Part shown: piece by piece, positions 8,489 through 17,852 of the stretch
Numbering within the stretch: position 1 is the stretch's first letter
Layout of the letters: every line of letters begins with the position of its first letter
Assembly: GCA_031272705.1 (NCBI GenBank)
Contig: JAISTG010000076.1
Location: 19,204-83,203, forward strand
DNA: 64,000 bases
Direction of reading: 5' to 3'
From: Bacteroidales bacterium
Lineage (GTDB): Bacteria; Bacteroidota; Bacteroidia; Bacteroidales; P3
Program-made: the position numbers and the translations under genes
The notes under the pieces: model-generated
The model's database searches: none
Told to the model about the DNA's origin: nothing
Seen by the model: the letters and a program-made list of their open reading frames with translations, nothing else

Positions 8489-9163
8489 ATGCCAAATAAC
8501 GCAGATTACATCCCAAAGGGAAACGAAGAATTTAGAACGTGGTCGGCAAATTTCACGGAGAAAGTAAGCACCGTGTTTTATATGACGTTCGATATTCCCG
8601 TGGCAAAGAAAAACGAACTCGTAACGGCTCAATTAGACTACGAGCAAAAACAAGCCCTCATTGACGCGGGCGACAACAAAAGCCAAAATATCCACATTCG
8701 CAACGTGGCAAGGGACGTGTTGAAAGCACTTATACGAGAAATCACACAGCAGTACATTCGCCACAATCCCGATGTGAATGTAGGGCAGTTGAATATGCTC
8801 GGTTTGCAGGCGTACGACACCGAACGGACACCGATACACGTGCCTATGATTTCGCCGTATGTCCATGTGGAAGTGGGTACAAACTTCTGGCATTATGTTT
8901 TCTGGGGACAGGAAATAACAGGGCAAAAGGTCAAAGGCGGGTTGCCCGAAGGAGCAACAGGGGTACAAATCTGGTGTAAAATGAGCGAAACTCAGCCAAC
9001 GTACGAAGAAATGGAATTTGCGGGGAATTTCACCAAATCTCCGCACGTCTTTACGTACTCTTCCACAGACCGTAAAAAGACCGTCTGGTATGCCATCCGT
9101 TATTACAATGCCAAAGGCGAGGTAGGACCATGGTCAATAATGATTCCGGCGATAATCAATTAG
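8489..9163 (+). CDS. hypothetical protein (possible Ig/FN3-like C-terminal half)
   Basis: 224-aa ORF with non-repetitive, protein-like composition. The C-terminal WYAIRYYNAKGEVGPWS motif resembles FN3-type strands. No family recognised. Confidence 0.55.
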   Translation: MPNNADYIPKGNEEFRTWSANFTEKVSTVFYMTFDIPVAKKNELVTAQLDYEQKQALIDAGDNKSQNIHIRNVARDVLKALIREITQQYIRHNPDVNVGQLNMLGLQAYDTERTPIHVPMISPYVHVEVGTNFWHYVFWGQEITGQKVKGGLPEGATGVQIWCKMSETQPTYEEMEFAGNFTKSPHVFTYSSTDRKKTVWYAIRYYNAKGEVGPWSIMIPAIIN

Positions 9164-9301
9164 TCGCCGATTGTCATAAACAAAATATCATTCATTTACC
9201 ATTAGTGAATGATTAAACTTTTTCATAATTTTTTAGGGAGGTGTGATTCCTCATTTGAGAGGGAATACCCTCTTTTTTTTGTCCCGTATCAAAAAATTCC
9301 G

Positions 9302-9309
9302 TACCTTTG
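9302..9309 (+). promoter_or_regulatory. -7 promoter box TAccTTTG
   Basis: Lies 32 nt upstream of the ATG at 9341 and inside the ORF-track N-terminal extension, which argues for the shorter start. Confidence 0.5.
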
Positions 9310-9340
9310 CCCTCTCAAAAACATCAAACAAAATCTTATT

Positions 9341-10330
9341 ATGGACTTAACAAATAAACGGATATTACTTTTTGCACCCGCATTCTTCAATTACGAAAAA
9401 CGGATAGTCAATCGGTTATTGGAAATGGGTGCCACGGTAGATTTTTATGACGAACGCCCGAGCAATAACCTCTTCGTTAAAGCGGCGATACGCTATTTCC
9501 CTTTGCTTGTGCGTCCCCTCGTAGCGAAGTACTATCGCAACATAGCCGCAGAAGTCGGCGGCAGAACGTATAACTATATCCTTATAATAAATATGGAAAC
9601 CATGAGAAAAATTATCACCCGCCGTCTGCGGAGAGGTTTCCCCGAGGCAGAAATGATACTCGTTCTTTGGGATCCGTTGTACTACAAGCCCCGCGCAAAG
9701 CAAGTCCTGAAAAGGTTTGACCGTGTATTCTCCTTCGATGAGGGCGACTGCCGACAAAATAGGCATATACGGTTTCTGCCCGATTTCTACCTTGAAGAGT
9801 ATGCCAACGCCGCCCGCGTGAAGGAATATAAATACGATGTCGGTTTTGTCGGCACGGCACATACCGACCGCTACCGAACATTAAGAAAAATAAAGAAGGT
9901 TTTGGAGAAGGACAATATGAAACTCTGTGTGAAACTTTATTTTTATTCGGTGTTTAATTATTATCTCTGTAGGCTCTTTCATTGGGATTTTGTGGGTGCC
10001 AAGCGAAAGGATTTTGTCTTTTCGCCGATGACGGCAGCCGAAATTGCAGACATTTACGGCAGCAGCAGAATAGTTATAGACATTGAGTCTCCACACCAGC
10101 AAGGCATCACAATGCGTACCATTGAAATTTTGGCGGCAAGGCGAAAAATGATAACAACCAATGCCAACGTCCGTAATTATGACTTCTATAACGAAAATAA
10201 TATCCTCATCATCAGTAAGGAAAACCCCATTATTCCGTCCGCTTTCCTTACTTCTCCCTACGAGGAGTTAAGCGAAGAAATATATGAGAAATACTCTCTA
10301 AATTCTTGGTTAAAGCAGATTTTGATGTAA
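9341..10330 (+). CDS. putative polysaccharide-biosynthesis protein (glycosyltransferase-like), family uncertain
   Basis: ORF 9209..10330 trimmed to MDLTNKRILLFAPAFFNYEKRIV. The N-terminal Rossmann-like beta-alpha start and the DVGFVGTAHTDRY segment resemble LPS/capsule cluster proteins. Assignment is from memory only. Confidence 0.35.
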   Translation: MDLTNKRILLFAPAFFNYEKRIVNRLLEMGATVDFYDERPSNNLFVKAAIRYFPLLVRPLVAKYYRNIAAEVGGRTYNYILIINMETMRKIITRRLRRGFPEAEMILVLWDPLYYKPRAKQVLKRFDRVFSFDEGDCRQNRHIRFLPDFYLEEYANAARVKEYKYDVGFVGTAHTDRYRTLRKIKKVLEKDNMKLCVKLYFYSVFNYYLCRLFHWDFVGAKRKDFVFSPMTAAEIADIYGSSRIVIDIESPHQQGITMRTIEILAARRKMITTNANVRNYDFYNENNILIISKENPIIPSAFLTSPYEELSEEIYEKYSLNSWLKQILM

Positions 10331-10381
10331 GGAGCGTACCCTTCGGAGGGGTACAACTGTGTTTATTAAGATTTTTTTTTA

Positions 10382-10389
10382 TATCTTTG
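10382..10389 (+). promoter_or_regulatory. -7 promoter box TAtcTTTG
   Basis: Lies 38 nt upstream of the pheT ATG. Confidence 0.5.
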
Positions 10390-10426
10390 CAACCTCTTAA
10401 TTTCATAAAATAGAATACCGAAAAAT

Positions 10427-12916
10427 ATGAAAATATCTTATAATTGGCTTAAAGAATACATCGTAAAAACAAATGACAATACGCCCTTGCAGTTGGATGC
10501 TAACGAAGCGGCACGTAACCTTACTTTTGCAGGACTTGAAGTAGAATCCGTAGAGGTTGTGGAAAGTATTAAAGGCGGGTTACAAAATTATTATGTGGGA
10601 TTGGTTATTTCCTGCGTGCCTCATCCAAACAGCGATCATCTACACCTCACGCAGGTTGAGGTTGGTTTTGAACAGCCTTTGAATATAGTTTGCGGAGCGT
10701 CCAACGTGGCTACGGGACAAAAGGTTATTGTTGCGACCGTTGGGGCAAAGGTTTATACCGGAGAGGAGGATTATTTTGAGATAAAGAAAACTAAACTTCG
10801 TGGAGCAGAGAGTGAAGGTATGATTTGTTCGGAGAAGGAACTTGGGATAAGTGATAACCACGATGGAATTATGGTTTTACCTGACTCTGCTATTGTTGGA
10901 CAGGCAGCAAAAGATTATTTTAATATCACGGAAGATAGTATTTTTGAGATAGGGCTTACTCCAAACCGTTCCGATGCTGCTTCTCATATTGGTGTGGCGA
11001 GGGATTTGGTGGCGGTACTCAATGCTCAATGTGGCGAAAGAAAGTATAAAATAAATTATCCTTCGGTAGATAATTTTCAAACAGACTCAAATGATTATAA
11101 AATAGATATACAAATAGATGAAAAGTTGTGTCGGCGTTATGCGGCAGTGATTGTGAGCGGTGTAAAGATTGCTCCTTCTCCCGAATGGCTGCAAAATCAC
11201 CTGCGTGCTATCGGTTTGAAACCTGTAAATAATGTAGTGGATATAACAAATTATGTTCTTATGGAAACGGGACAGCCTTTACATGCCTTTGATTTTGACA
11301 AGGTTATTGGAAAAGAAATATCCGTTAAAACGCTTCCTGCAAAAACATCCTTTACAACCCTTGATGGAATTGTGAGAGAACTCAATGGCAATGAAGCAAT
11401 GGTTTGTAATTCTACGGAAGCAATGTGTATGGGTGGTATTTATGGAGGTCAGCACAGCGGAATAGGTAATAATACCACTGATGTATTGATTGAATCTGCG
11501 TGTTTCAACCCTGTGATTATTAGAAAAGCAAGCAAGTATCACAATTTGCACACTGACGCTTCGTTTCGTTTTGAACGCGGCAGCGATATAAACATTGTAC
11601 CTTATGCTTTAAAGCGTGCGGCTTTGTTAATGAAAGAATTGGCAGGGGGAAAGATTGCAAGTGATACAGTAGATGTTTATCCTGAAAAAGTAGAAGAGAC
11701 AAAGGTCTATTTAGATTATTCATATATGGACAATCTTATTGGTAAAAAAATAGACAGGAAAACAATTAAACTTATTCTTACTTCGTTGGAAATTAACATA
11801 GAGAGTGAAACACCGGAAGGATTAAGGGTTAACGTGCCGTCAAACAAAGTTGATGTAACGCGTCCATGTGATGTGGTAGAAGAAGTGTTGAGAATATATG
11901 GTTATAACAATGTTGAAATTACACAGGATGTTAAAAGCAGTCTTACCTATACTGCAAAACCTGACAGAGACAAAATTCGCAATATAATTTCCGACCTTTT
12001 GGTTGCCTCAGGTTTTAATGAGACAATGAACAACAGTCTTTCCAAAGTTGCTTATTACGATAATAATCAAGCCTTTCCTCAGGCACAGTCTGTTAATGTG
12101 CTAAATGCATTAAGTAAAGATTTGGGAGTGATGCGCCAAACACTGCTTTATGGTGGTATGGAAGTGATCGCGTATAATATAAACCGAAAAACGAATAACA
12201 TTCGTACGTTTGAATTTGGTAACTGTTATAAAAAAAATCTTGAAACCTTTGCCGACTCCAATATATTAAAGAGATATGATGAACAACAGCACCTTGCAAT
12301 TTTCGTAACAGGTAATTTGCAGGAAGAAAACTGGCAAATGAAACCTCAAAAGGCGGATTTCTTTTATTTGAAAAACGCAGTAATGAACGTATTGCAGCGA
12401 TTGAGGATAGATTTAGGGCGTTTTAACAGTGAGAAAGTAACGGCTGATTATTTTGAAGAAGGTTTGCAGTTGATTAATCGTGATAATGGGAAAATTTATG
12501 TACAGTTTGGCAAATTGAAAACAAATGTTTGCAAGGCTTTTGATGTAAAACAGGAAGTTTATTATGCTGATTTTGCATGGGACTTGTTGATAAAAACGTT
12601 GCCAAAGAAAGAAATAAAATATCAGGAGGTCGTTAAGTTTCCTGAAGTTAGACGAGACCTTGCACTGGTTGTTGATAAGGCTATATCCTTTAAAGATATT
12701 GAGACGGTGGCTTATCAATATGAAAAGCAACTGTTAAGAAATATATATCTCTTTGACGTTTATGAAGGAGAGAAACTTGAAAGCGGCAAAAAGCAATACG
12801 CAATCAGTTTCATCTTGCAGGACAAGGATAAAACCCTTACCGACAAACAGATTGAGGCAATAATGAATAAATTGCTCAAAGGTTTTGAAAAGGAGTTGGG
12901 AGCAAAATTACGATAG
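10427..12916 (+). CDS. pheT: phenylalanine--tRNA ligase beta subunit
   Basis: 829 aa. MKISYNWLKEY start, tRNA-binding OB domain, B3/4 and B5 regions, and a C-terminal FDX-ACB-like domain. Confidence 0.95.
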   Translation: MKISYNWLKEYIVKTNDNTPLQLDANEAARNLTFAGLEVESVEVVESIKGGLQNYYVGLVISCVPHPNSDHLHLTQVEVGFEQPLNIVCGASNVATGQKVIVATVGAKVYTGEEDYFEIKKTKLRGAESEGMICSEKELGISDNHDGIMVLPDSAIVGQAAKDYFNITEDSIFEIGLTPNRSDAASHIGVARDLVAVLNAQCGERKYKINYPSVDNFQTDSNDYKIDIQIDEKLCRRYAAVIVSGVKIAPSPEWLQNHLRAIGLKPVNNVVDITNYVLMETGQPLHAFDFDKVIGKEISVKTLPAKTSFTTLDGIVRELNGNEAMVCNSTEAMCMGGIYGGQHSGIGNNTTDVLIESACFNPVIIRKASKYHNLHTDASFRFERGSDINIVPYALKRAALLMKELAGGKIASDTVDVYPEKVEETKVYLDYSYMDNLIGKKIDRKTIKLILTSLEINIESETPEGLRVNVPSNKVDVTRPCDVVEEVLRIYGYNNVEITQDVKSSLTYTAKPDRDKIRNIISDLLVASGFNETMNNSLSKVAYYDNNQAFPQAQSVNVLNALSKDLGVMRQTLLYGGMEVIAYNINRKTNNIRTFEFGNCYKKNLETFADSNILKRYDEQQHLAIFVTGNLQEENWQMKPQKADFFYLKNAVMNVLQRLRIDLGRFNSEKVTADYFEEGLQLINRDNGKIYVQFGKLKTNVCKAFDVKQEVYYADFAWDLLIKTLPKKEIKYQEVVKFPEVRRDLALVVDKAISFKDIETVAYQYEKQLLRNIYLFDVYEGEKLESGKKQYAISFILQDKDKTLTDKQIEAIMNKLLKGFEKELGAKLR

Positions 12917-12919
12917 ATT

Positions 12920-13333
12920 ATGAAATCACTAACGCATTATGATATAAAGATTTTGCTGGCTCTAATTAAGTCGTTGCATGGGGAAACAAAGTTTTTTAAG
13001 TTTCTTCTTAACAATGGTTATCCCGAACTGGCTGCTTGGTCTAATGCCGTTAGAGGAGACGAGGACGCTTTGCACTGGTTGTTTGACAATGGTTTTGAAA
13101 CACTTGGAGTCTTATCTAATGCTATTGATAACGAAAAAAGGGCTGTGTTGTGGGTATTGCAGTCCGGTGACACTTTTATGATAAATTTTGCTGCTGCATG
13201 CCGACAGGAAAAGAATGGAATGAAATGGTTGAAAGATAATAACCTTGAAGTGTTTATTATGATGGCAAAAGAAATTATTGTCATTTTGGAAACACAAATC
13301 AAGGACAAAATGTTTTGGTACAGATGGAAATAA
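12920..13333 (+). CDS. hypothetical protein with three ~35-aa internal repeats
   Basis: 137 aa. Repeats are visible as ALHWLFDNGFE / AVLWVLQSGD / GMKWLKDNNLE. Starts 4 nt after pheT. Confidence 0.5.
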   Translation: MKSLTHYDIKILLALIKSLHGETKFFKFLLNNGYPELAAWSNAVRGDEDALHWLFDNGFETLGVLSNAIDNEKRAVLWVLQSGDTFMINFAAACRQEKNGMKWLKDNNLEVFIMMAKEIIVILETQIKDKMFWYRWK

Positions 13334-14394
13334 TAAAAACACGCAAGAAGCATAATCAAATTATGATGTTCAACAATGCTGCAATTTTTGTAGTCTCATA
13401 TTGGTTTGTTTTTTACTTTTACCAGTTACTTACGCTCATTCCTGCCTTTGCTTTACGGATTTCAGCAATCTTTTATACGGGAAAGATAGATTTTGACACA
13501 CTTACATCAGCCAGTTCGGCAGATATATGGCACGATGCGGACAATATATTTGCCATTTTCGGCACAGCACCGCTGGGGATTGTCTTTTTGGTTCTGTTTA
13601 ATGTCCTTATATTGTCAGGTATCAAGAATATGAGCCGGACTCTCAAAATTTTATGCTTTTGGAACATCCTAAACGGAATACTGAGATTTGGTGGTAATTT
13701 CATATTTGGTCATATCTTTTCGCTGTGGTCTTCTAATCTCGTAACAGACTTTTTAGAGATTTCTTTTCCAAGCCGTGCTGCTCAACTGATGTGTATTTTT
13801 GTTATGCTGTTTATTATTTTCATTGCCATACGTTATTCATGTAAAGCCGTAATACATTTATTCAATCCGTTAATGGGCGGTGTTAAGGAAAAGATTCTTT
13901 ATATGGTAATGTACCCTGCTCTTATTGGCTTGGCATATCTTACTTTGTTTTTCTCGGTATCGGGTTTCAACCAAAACGAATTTGGAATGGCTGTTTTGAG
14001 TGCTGTTTTTATCTTTTACTTTTATTGGAGTACGGCACGGAAATACAGACACGTAGCCGAGAAAAGACAAATAAATCCCATAGAATTAAATCGCAAACTG
14101 ATAATATGTGTTCTTGCTTTATCACTTGTTAAATTCATTGATATAAAAGGTATTGCTATCTACGGCACGTCTTATCGTGAGCAGATAATAGAAGGTTTCC
14201 TTATCATATTCTTTTCTTCTGTCTTTTTGCTTATTGTTTTTGGCATACTGTATTACCTGTACAAACGCCGCAAACGCCGTAAGCAATTACTGCTGGAAGC
14301 CAAAGAAATTTTTGAAACCAACAATGCCGATATTGATTACGAATTTTGGGGTATTAAAACGCACGATATGGATAAGTATAAAGGCAAATTATAA
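13324..14394 (+). CDS. multi-pass membrane protein, function unknown
   Basis: ORF 13315..14394 (TTG in the track). The first ATG is at 13324, with an alternative at 13363. About 8 hydrophobic spans and a basic C-terminal tail (YKRRKRRKQ). Confidence 0.5.
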   Translation: MEIIKTRKKHNQIMMFNNAAIFVVSYWFVFYFYQLLTLIPAFALRISAIFYTGKIDFDTLTSASSADIWHDADNIFAIFGTAPLGIVFLVLFNVLILSGIKNMSRTLKILCFWNILNGILRFGGNFIFGHIFSLWSSNLVTDFLEISFPSRAAQLMCIFVMLFIIFIAIRYSCKAVIHLFNPLMGGVKEKILYMVMYPALIGLAYLTLFFSVSGFNQNEFGMAVLSAVFIFYFYWSTARKYRHVAEKRQINPIELNRKLIICVLALSLVKFIDIKGIAIYGTSYREQIIEGFLIIFFSSVFLLIVFGILYYLYKRRKRRKQLLLEAKEIFETNNADIDYEFWGIKTHDMDKYKGKL

Positions 14395-14426
14395 GCATAT
14401 CAACACATTACAGCAGATAAAAACCT

Positions 14427-15431
14427 ATGAATAATTTTCTTTATGGCAAGACTTACGATGAGATTTCAGTCATCTGCAACTCTCTTTCCCTGCCTCGTTA
14501 CACGGCAAAACAGATTTGCGACTGGCTTTACAGCAAAGGCGTAAATCATATCAGCGAAATGACAAATTTAAGTCTCAAAACCCGTGAATTACTTTCAACA
14601 AACTACGAAGCAGGAGGGCAAAATCCAAGTTTGGAACTTGTTTCCAATGACGGCACTCGCAAATATATTTTCACTTATGGCTCTTTGGTTGAGGCTGTTG
14701 TAATTTTTGACCGAGACAGAGTAACGCTTTGCATTTCCAGTCAAAAGGGATGCAAACTCAACTGCCGATTCTGTGCCACAGGACAGCAAGGTTATAAGGG
14801 TCAAATGACACCTTATGAGATACTTAACATCTTTCGTTATGTCAATAAGCAGTTTCCTGTCAGCAATATCGTGTTTATGGGTATGGGAGAGCCGCTTGAC
14901 AACTGGCAAAATGTACATCAGGCAATTCAAATTCTTGTTTCCGACTGGGGATATGGCATTAGCCCACGCCGCATAACCATTTCAACATCAGGAATTAAAC
15001 AAAGAATCAACGACCTCCTTACAACAACCGACTGCCACGTGGCAATATCTCTTCACAATGCCATTTCAAGAGAACGGATGGAGATTATGCCGATAGAAAA
15101 AGCCAGTCCAATAGAACAGATTATCAAAACATTACGTTCTTATGACTGGAGCGGACAACGGAGACTTACATTTGAGTACATAGTTTTTGATTTCAACCAT
15201 ACAACTGCCCACATTCAAGCCCTCGTAACGCTCTTAAAAGGAATTGAATGCCGCATAAACCTGATACGATACCATCAAACACCAAACAGTAATTTCAAAG
15301 GAGCAAACAATGATGCCATTTTGAAATTTGCTAACAACCTTAATGCAAAGGGCTTACGAACTATCATCAGGGCTTCAAATGGCGAAGATATTTTTGCAGC
15401 CTGCGGTCAGTTGGCGGGAGTTATGAAGTAA
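14427..15431 (+). CDS. rlmN: 23S rRNA (adenine2503-C2)-methyltransferase, radical SAM
   Basis: CKLNCRFCATG radical-SAM cluster motif, GMGEPLDN, and the C-terminal catalytic Cys in DIFAACGQL. Confidence 0.9.
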   Translation: MNNFLYGKTYDEISVICNSLSLPRYTAKQICDWLYSKGVNHISEMTNLSLKTRELLSTNYEAGGQNPSLELVSNDGTRKYIFTYGSLVEAVVIFDRDRVTLCISSQKGCKLNCRFCATGQQGYKGQMTPYEILNIFRYVNKQFPVSNIVFMGMGEPLDNWQNVHQAIQILVSDWGYGISPRRITISTSGIKQRINDLLTTTDCHVAISLHNAISRERMEIMPIEKASPIEQIIKTLRSYDWSGQRRLTFEYIVFDFNHTTAHIQALVTLLKGIECRINLIRYHQTPNSNFKGANNDAILKFANNLNAKGLRTIIRASNGEDIFAACGQLAGVMK

Positions 15432-15443
15432 TGTTCCAATGCA

Positions 15444-15890
15444 ATGATTAGAACGAACAAAATCCTTTTTCATATAATTAACTATTTGAAATACAGATAT
15501 AAAGCCAAGAATGAATTTTCTATTCATTCTCCTTATATGTTTGAAACCTATCTTCAATGTATCAAGGGACGGAAAGATGATGATATAATCAGGGAACTGT
15601 CCAAACGAAATCAAGTTATAGAATTCTATAATCAAATTCCAGCAAACTGTAATCAAATTCTAGCGAACTGTAATCAAATTACAGAATTCTGTAATCAAGT
15701 TTCAGCAAACCATAATCAAATTACAGTAATTTATTACTTGAAAGGAATTTATCAAAACAAAAAAACACTGCAACAATGGGAAGAATTGCGGCAGCGAAAT
15801 AATGTATCACTTGATATAAATCTTTACTCTATGGGCTTGATTGTATGCAGAAAAGGTTTAAAACGTCAATCCTATATTCTAAAACGCTAA
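15444..15890 (+). pseudogene. probable remnant of a class I SAM-dependent methyltransferase; core replaced in frame by repeat array B
   Basis: The N-terminus (YLKYRYKAKNEFSIHSPYMFETYL) and C-terminus (VSLDINLYSMGLIVCRKGLKRQSYILKR) resemble the ends of ~220-aa Bacteroidota methyltransferases. No GxGxG SAM-binding core is present. The middle 42 codons are six 21-bp modules. Confidence 0.45.
15606..15734 (+). repeat. 21-bp-phased AAT-CAA-ATT module array, locus B (6 modules, all same orientation)
   Basis: Cores at 15609 (AATCAAGTT), 15630, 15651, 15672, 15693 (AATCAAGTT) and 15714. Translates in frame as heptads NQVIEFY NQIPANC NQILANC NQITEFC NQVSANH NQITVIY. Confidence 0.9.
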
Positions 15891-15891
15891 C

Positions 15892-16467
15892 CTACTCCTC
15901 TACTTTTTGTTTTCCGTGAGGGCGAATGACTATTACGCTGTCCATCACTTCGTTAGCCTCTAATCCATCGCCATAATCCGTCCCCGAAACGCTTTGACGG
16001 CGTACGGGTTTTTGAGTATAAATCCGTCCTGTTTCGCTAAGCCAAATCAGGTCTTCACAATAAACGGTGTCTTCGCTGTTATAATTTACTATTTTAACAT
16101 TTTGTTGCAGCAGAAAGTCATTAGAGGGTCGTGTATTGATGGCATAATCGGCTGTAATTACGGATTTTACACTCATATCTTTGTTAAAGAACACTGCTTT
16201 TGCCCCTTTGGGAAATTCCATCTTGCCACTATCCCCTTCAAAGTTGTTGATGAGAGGTGCAAATATCTCTATATCAACCTCTGCGTTGGAAGAACGATAG
16301 ATATGAGCGTCTTTTATGATATTGACAGGCTTGTTTGATGCAACCTTTTTGCCGTCGGGGTTAATGCCATCAGTGCAAGCGATGAACAGAACGAGACATA
16401 ATAACCATAAGGGCGAAAAATGATTCGCCCTTACTGAATTATGCCATATTTTAAAATTGATTTTCAC
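15892..16467 (-). CDS. lptC: LPS export periplasmic protein LptC-like
   Basis: 191 aa with an N-terminal anchor and an OstA/LptC-like beta-jellyroll pattern (KMEFPKGAKAVFFN...QQNVKIVNYNSEDTVYCEDLIW). Sits in the conserved coaX-OMP-TPR-lptC context. Confidence 0.6.
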   Translation of the reverse strand: MKINFKIWHNSVRANHFSPLWLLCLVLFIACTDGINPDGKKVASNKPVNIIKDAHIYRSSNAEVDIEIFAPLINNFEGDSGKMEFPKGAKAVFFNKDMSVKSVITADYAINTRPSNDFLLQQNVKIVNYNSEDTVYCEDLIWLSETGRIYTQKPVRRQSVSGTDYGDGLEANEVMDSVIVIRPHGKQKVEE

Positions 16468-16470
16468 TTT

Positions 16471-17832
16471 TTATCTGCCTCTTATGACCGTTGATTTGCC
16501 TATCCAGCATCCTACGGAATAAGAGTTGCCTTCGGTCAAAGTAACAAAGAATATGTCTTTCTTTGTAGGAAACTGTCCGTAAGCAGAATTCATTATACGC
16601 TGAGCCTCATCTGCGAGTTCCGGATAGTTATTCTTGACTCTTGAAGCCTCATCGTAAGCCACCCATGCAGCACCACGTATTTTCCCATCGTGAGTTGCAC
16701 ACGATACACTGCTGCTTAAATACAGCCTTGCAATGAAAAGGGCTGCTTTTCCCGTAGAAGTCTTGTCCAATTCGCCCCATTTGGTGGCTGCAGTCCTTGC
16801 ATTGGCGTATTGTCCTGCCTCACTGTAAGCGTTAGCCAATGCTTGAGCAGCCTTAGCCTTGCTAATGTTATCCTTATATGAACTCATTGCTTCTTCAAAG
16901 TACTTTGCTGCGTCGCCATACTGCTTTTTCTCAAACAGCATCTTGCCCATCATATAAGCCGTTTTTGCTGATGGTTCGAGTTGGTGAAGACTTTCGGTTG
17001 CGGAAAAGAACAAAGAACTGTTGGTACAGCCTTTACGTTCAAGCGTTGTCGTAATTTTCTTTAACAGATTGAGGTCTTGCGGATTTGCATCATACTTCTG
17101 CTGATACATAGGCAGGATTCTGTCGCAGGAAGCGTAAGGTTCAATGTAGTTTTCGCACATTACGGCGTATGATTGTACCTCTTCCTTTTCTTTTTTCAGT
17201 TTTACGGTACTTTTGTTTGCTTCTTCTGCCGCTTCTATACTTTGTTCTATTTCAATGAGGTCGTTATCTATGCTTTCCGTTGCATAGTCATAGACATCAA
17301 ATAACAAGCCAATGTTTGACGTATCCCCAGTACTCTTTATGTAAAGCAGAGTTGCTTCCAAGTAAAGCGGTGCATAACGGGCGTTAAGTTCTGCTCCACC
17401 CTTTTCTGCTGCCTCTTTGTAAATATTATACACCTCAACAACTTTGTCGGTGTAGTAATCGGAAATATCTCTTGCCTTTTGAGCAATGTTATTGGCTGTA
17501 TCACCAAAATAAGATGACTTTTTATCGGACAGAGTCAGCAATTCATTGATGTATTTCTCCTTATCGGCAGGTGTTTGTGCCTGTTCAATCATTGCTTTCA
17601 GTATTGTACGTCCTCGTATGTAATCATTCTCGTGACGAGCGGGGCAAAGGCTCATCATTTTCTTCCATGGCTCGTAGCATTCTTTGTACATACCCTGCTT
17701 ATAACTTTCGTTATAAAGCGAATAATTAGTTAAACAATCTATACTGTCTTGAGGTGTTGCTCCGTATTTTTGAGCTACAGCGGTATTGGCAGCAAAAGCC
17801 ATAACCGCAATTAACAAATATGTTTTCTTCAT
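16471..17832 (-). CDS. tetratricopeptide-repeat protein (secreted)
   Basis: 453 aa with a signal peptide (AFAANTAVAQ) and several TPR-like helical pairs (e.g. GDAAKYFEEAMS, AQALANAYSEAGQYANA). Confidence 0.6.
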   Translation of the reverse strand: MKKTYLLIAVMAFAANTAVAQKYGATPQDSIDCLTNYSLYNESYKQGMYKECYEPWKKMMSLCPARHENDYIRGRTILKAMIEQAQTPADKEKYINELLTLSDKKSSYFGDTANNIAQKARDISDYYTDKVVEVYNIYKEAAEKGGAELNARYAPLYLEATLLYIKSTGDTSNIGLLFDVYDYATESIDNDLIEIEQSIEAAEEANKSTVKLKKEKEEVQSYAVMCENYIEPYASCDRILPMYQQKYDANPQDLNLLKKITTTLERKGCTNSSLFFSATESLHQLEPSAKTAYMMGKMLFEKKQYGDAAKYFEEAMSSYKDNISKAKAAQALANAYSEAGQYANARTAATKWGELDKTSTGKAALFIARLYLSSSVSCATHDGKIRGAAWVAYDEASRVKNNYPELADEAQRIMNSAYGQFPTKKDIFFVTLTEGNSYSVGCWIGKSTVIRGR

Positions 17833-17852
17833 CTTTTCTTAAATATGTTATG

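Noticed and set aside
8134-8499. Three overlapping ORFs (8134..8499 +, 8187..8471 -, 8210..8446 -) across the 21-bp tandem repeat
   Set aside because: All three exist only because a stop-free 21-mer is iterated. The plus-strand ORF starts with TTG inside a hairpin element and has no promoter-to-start logic. It ends out of frame with the real-looking gene at 8489.
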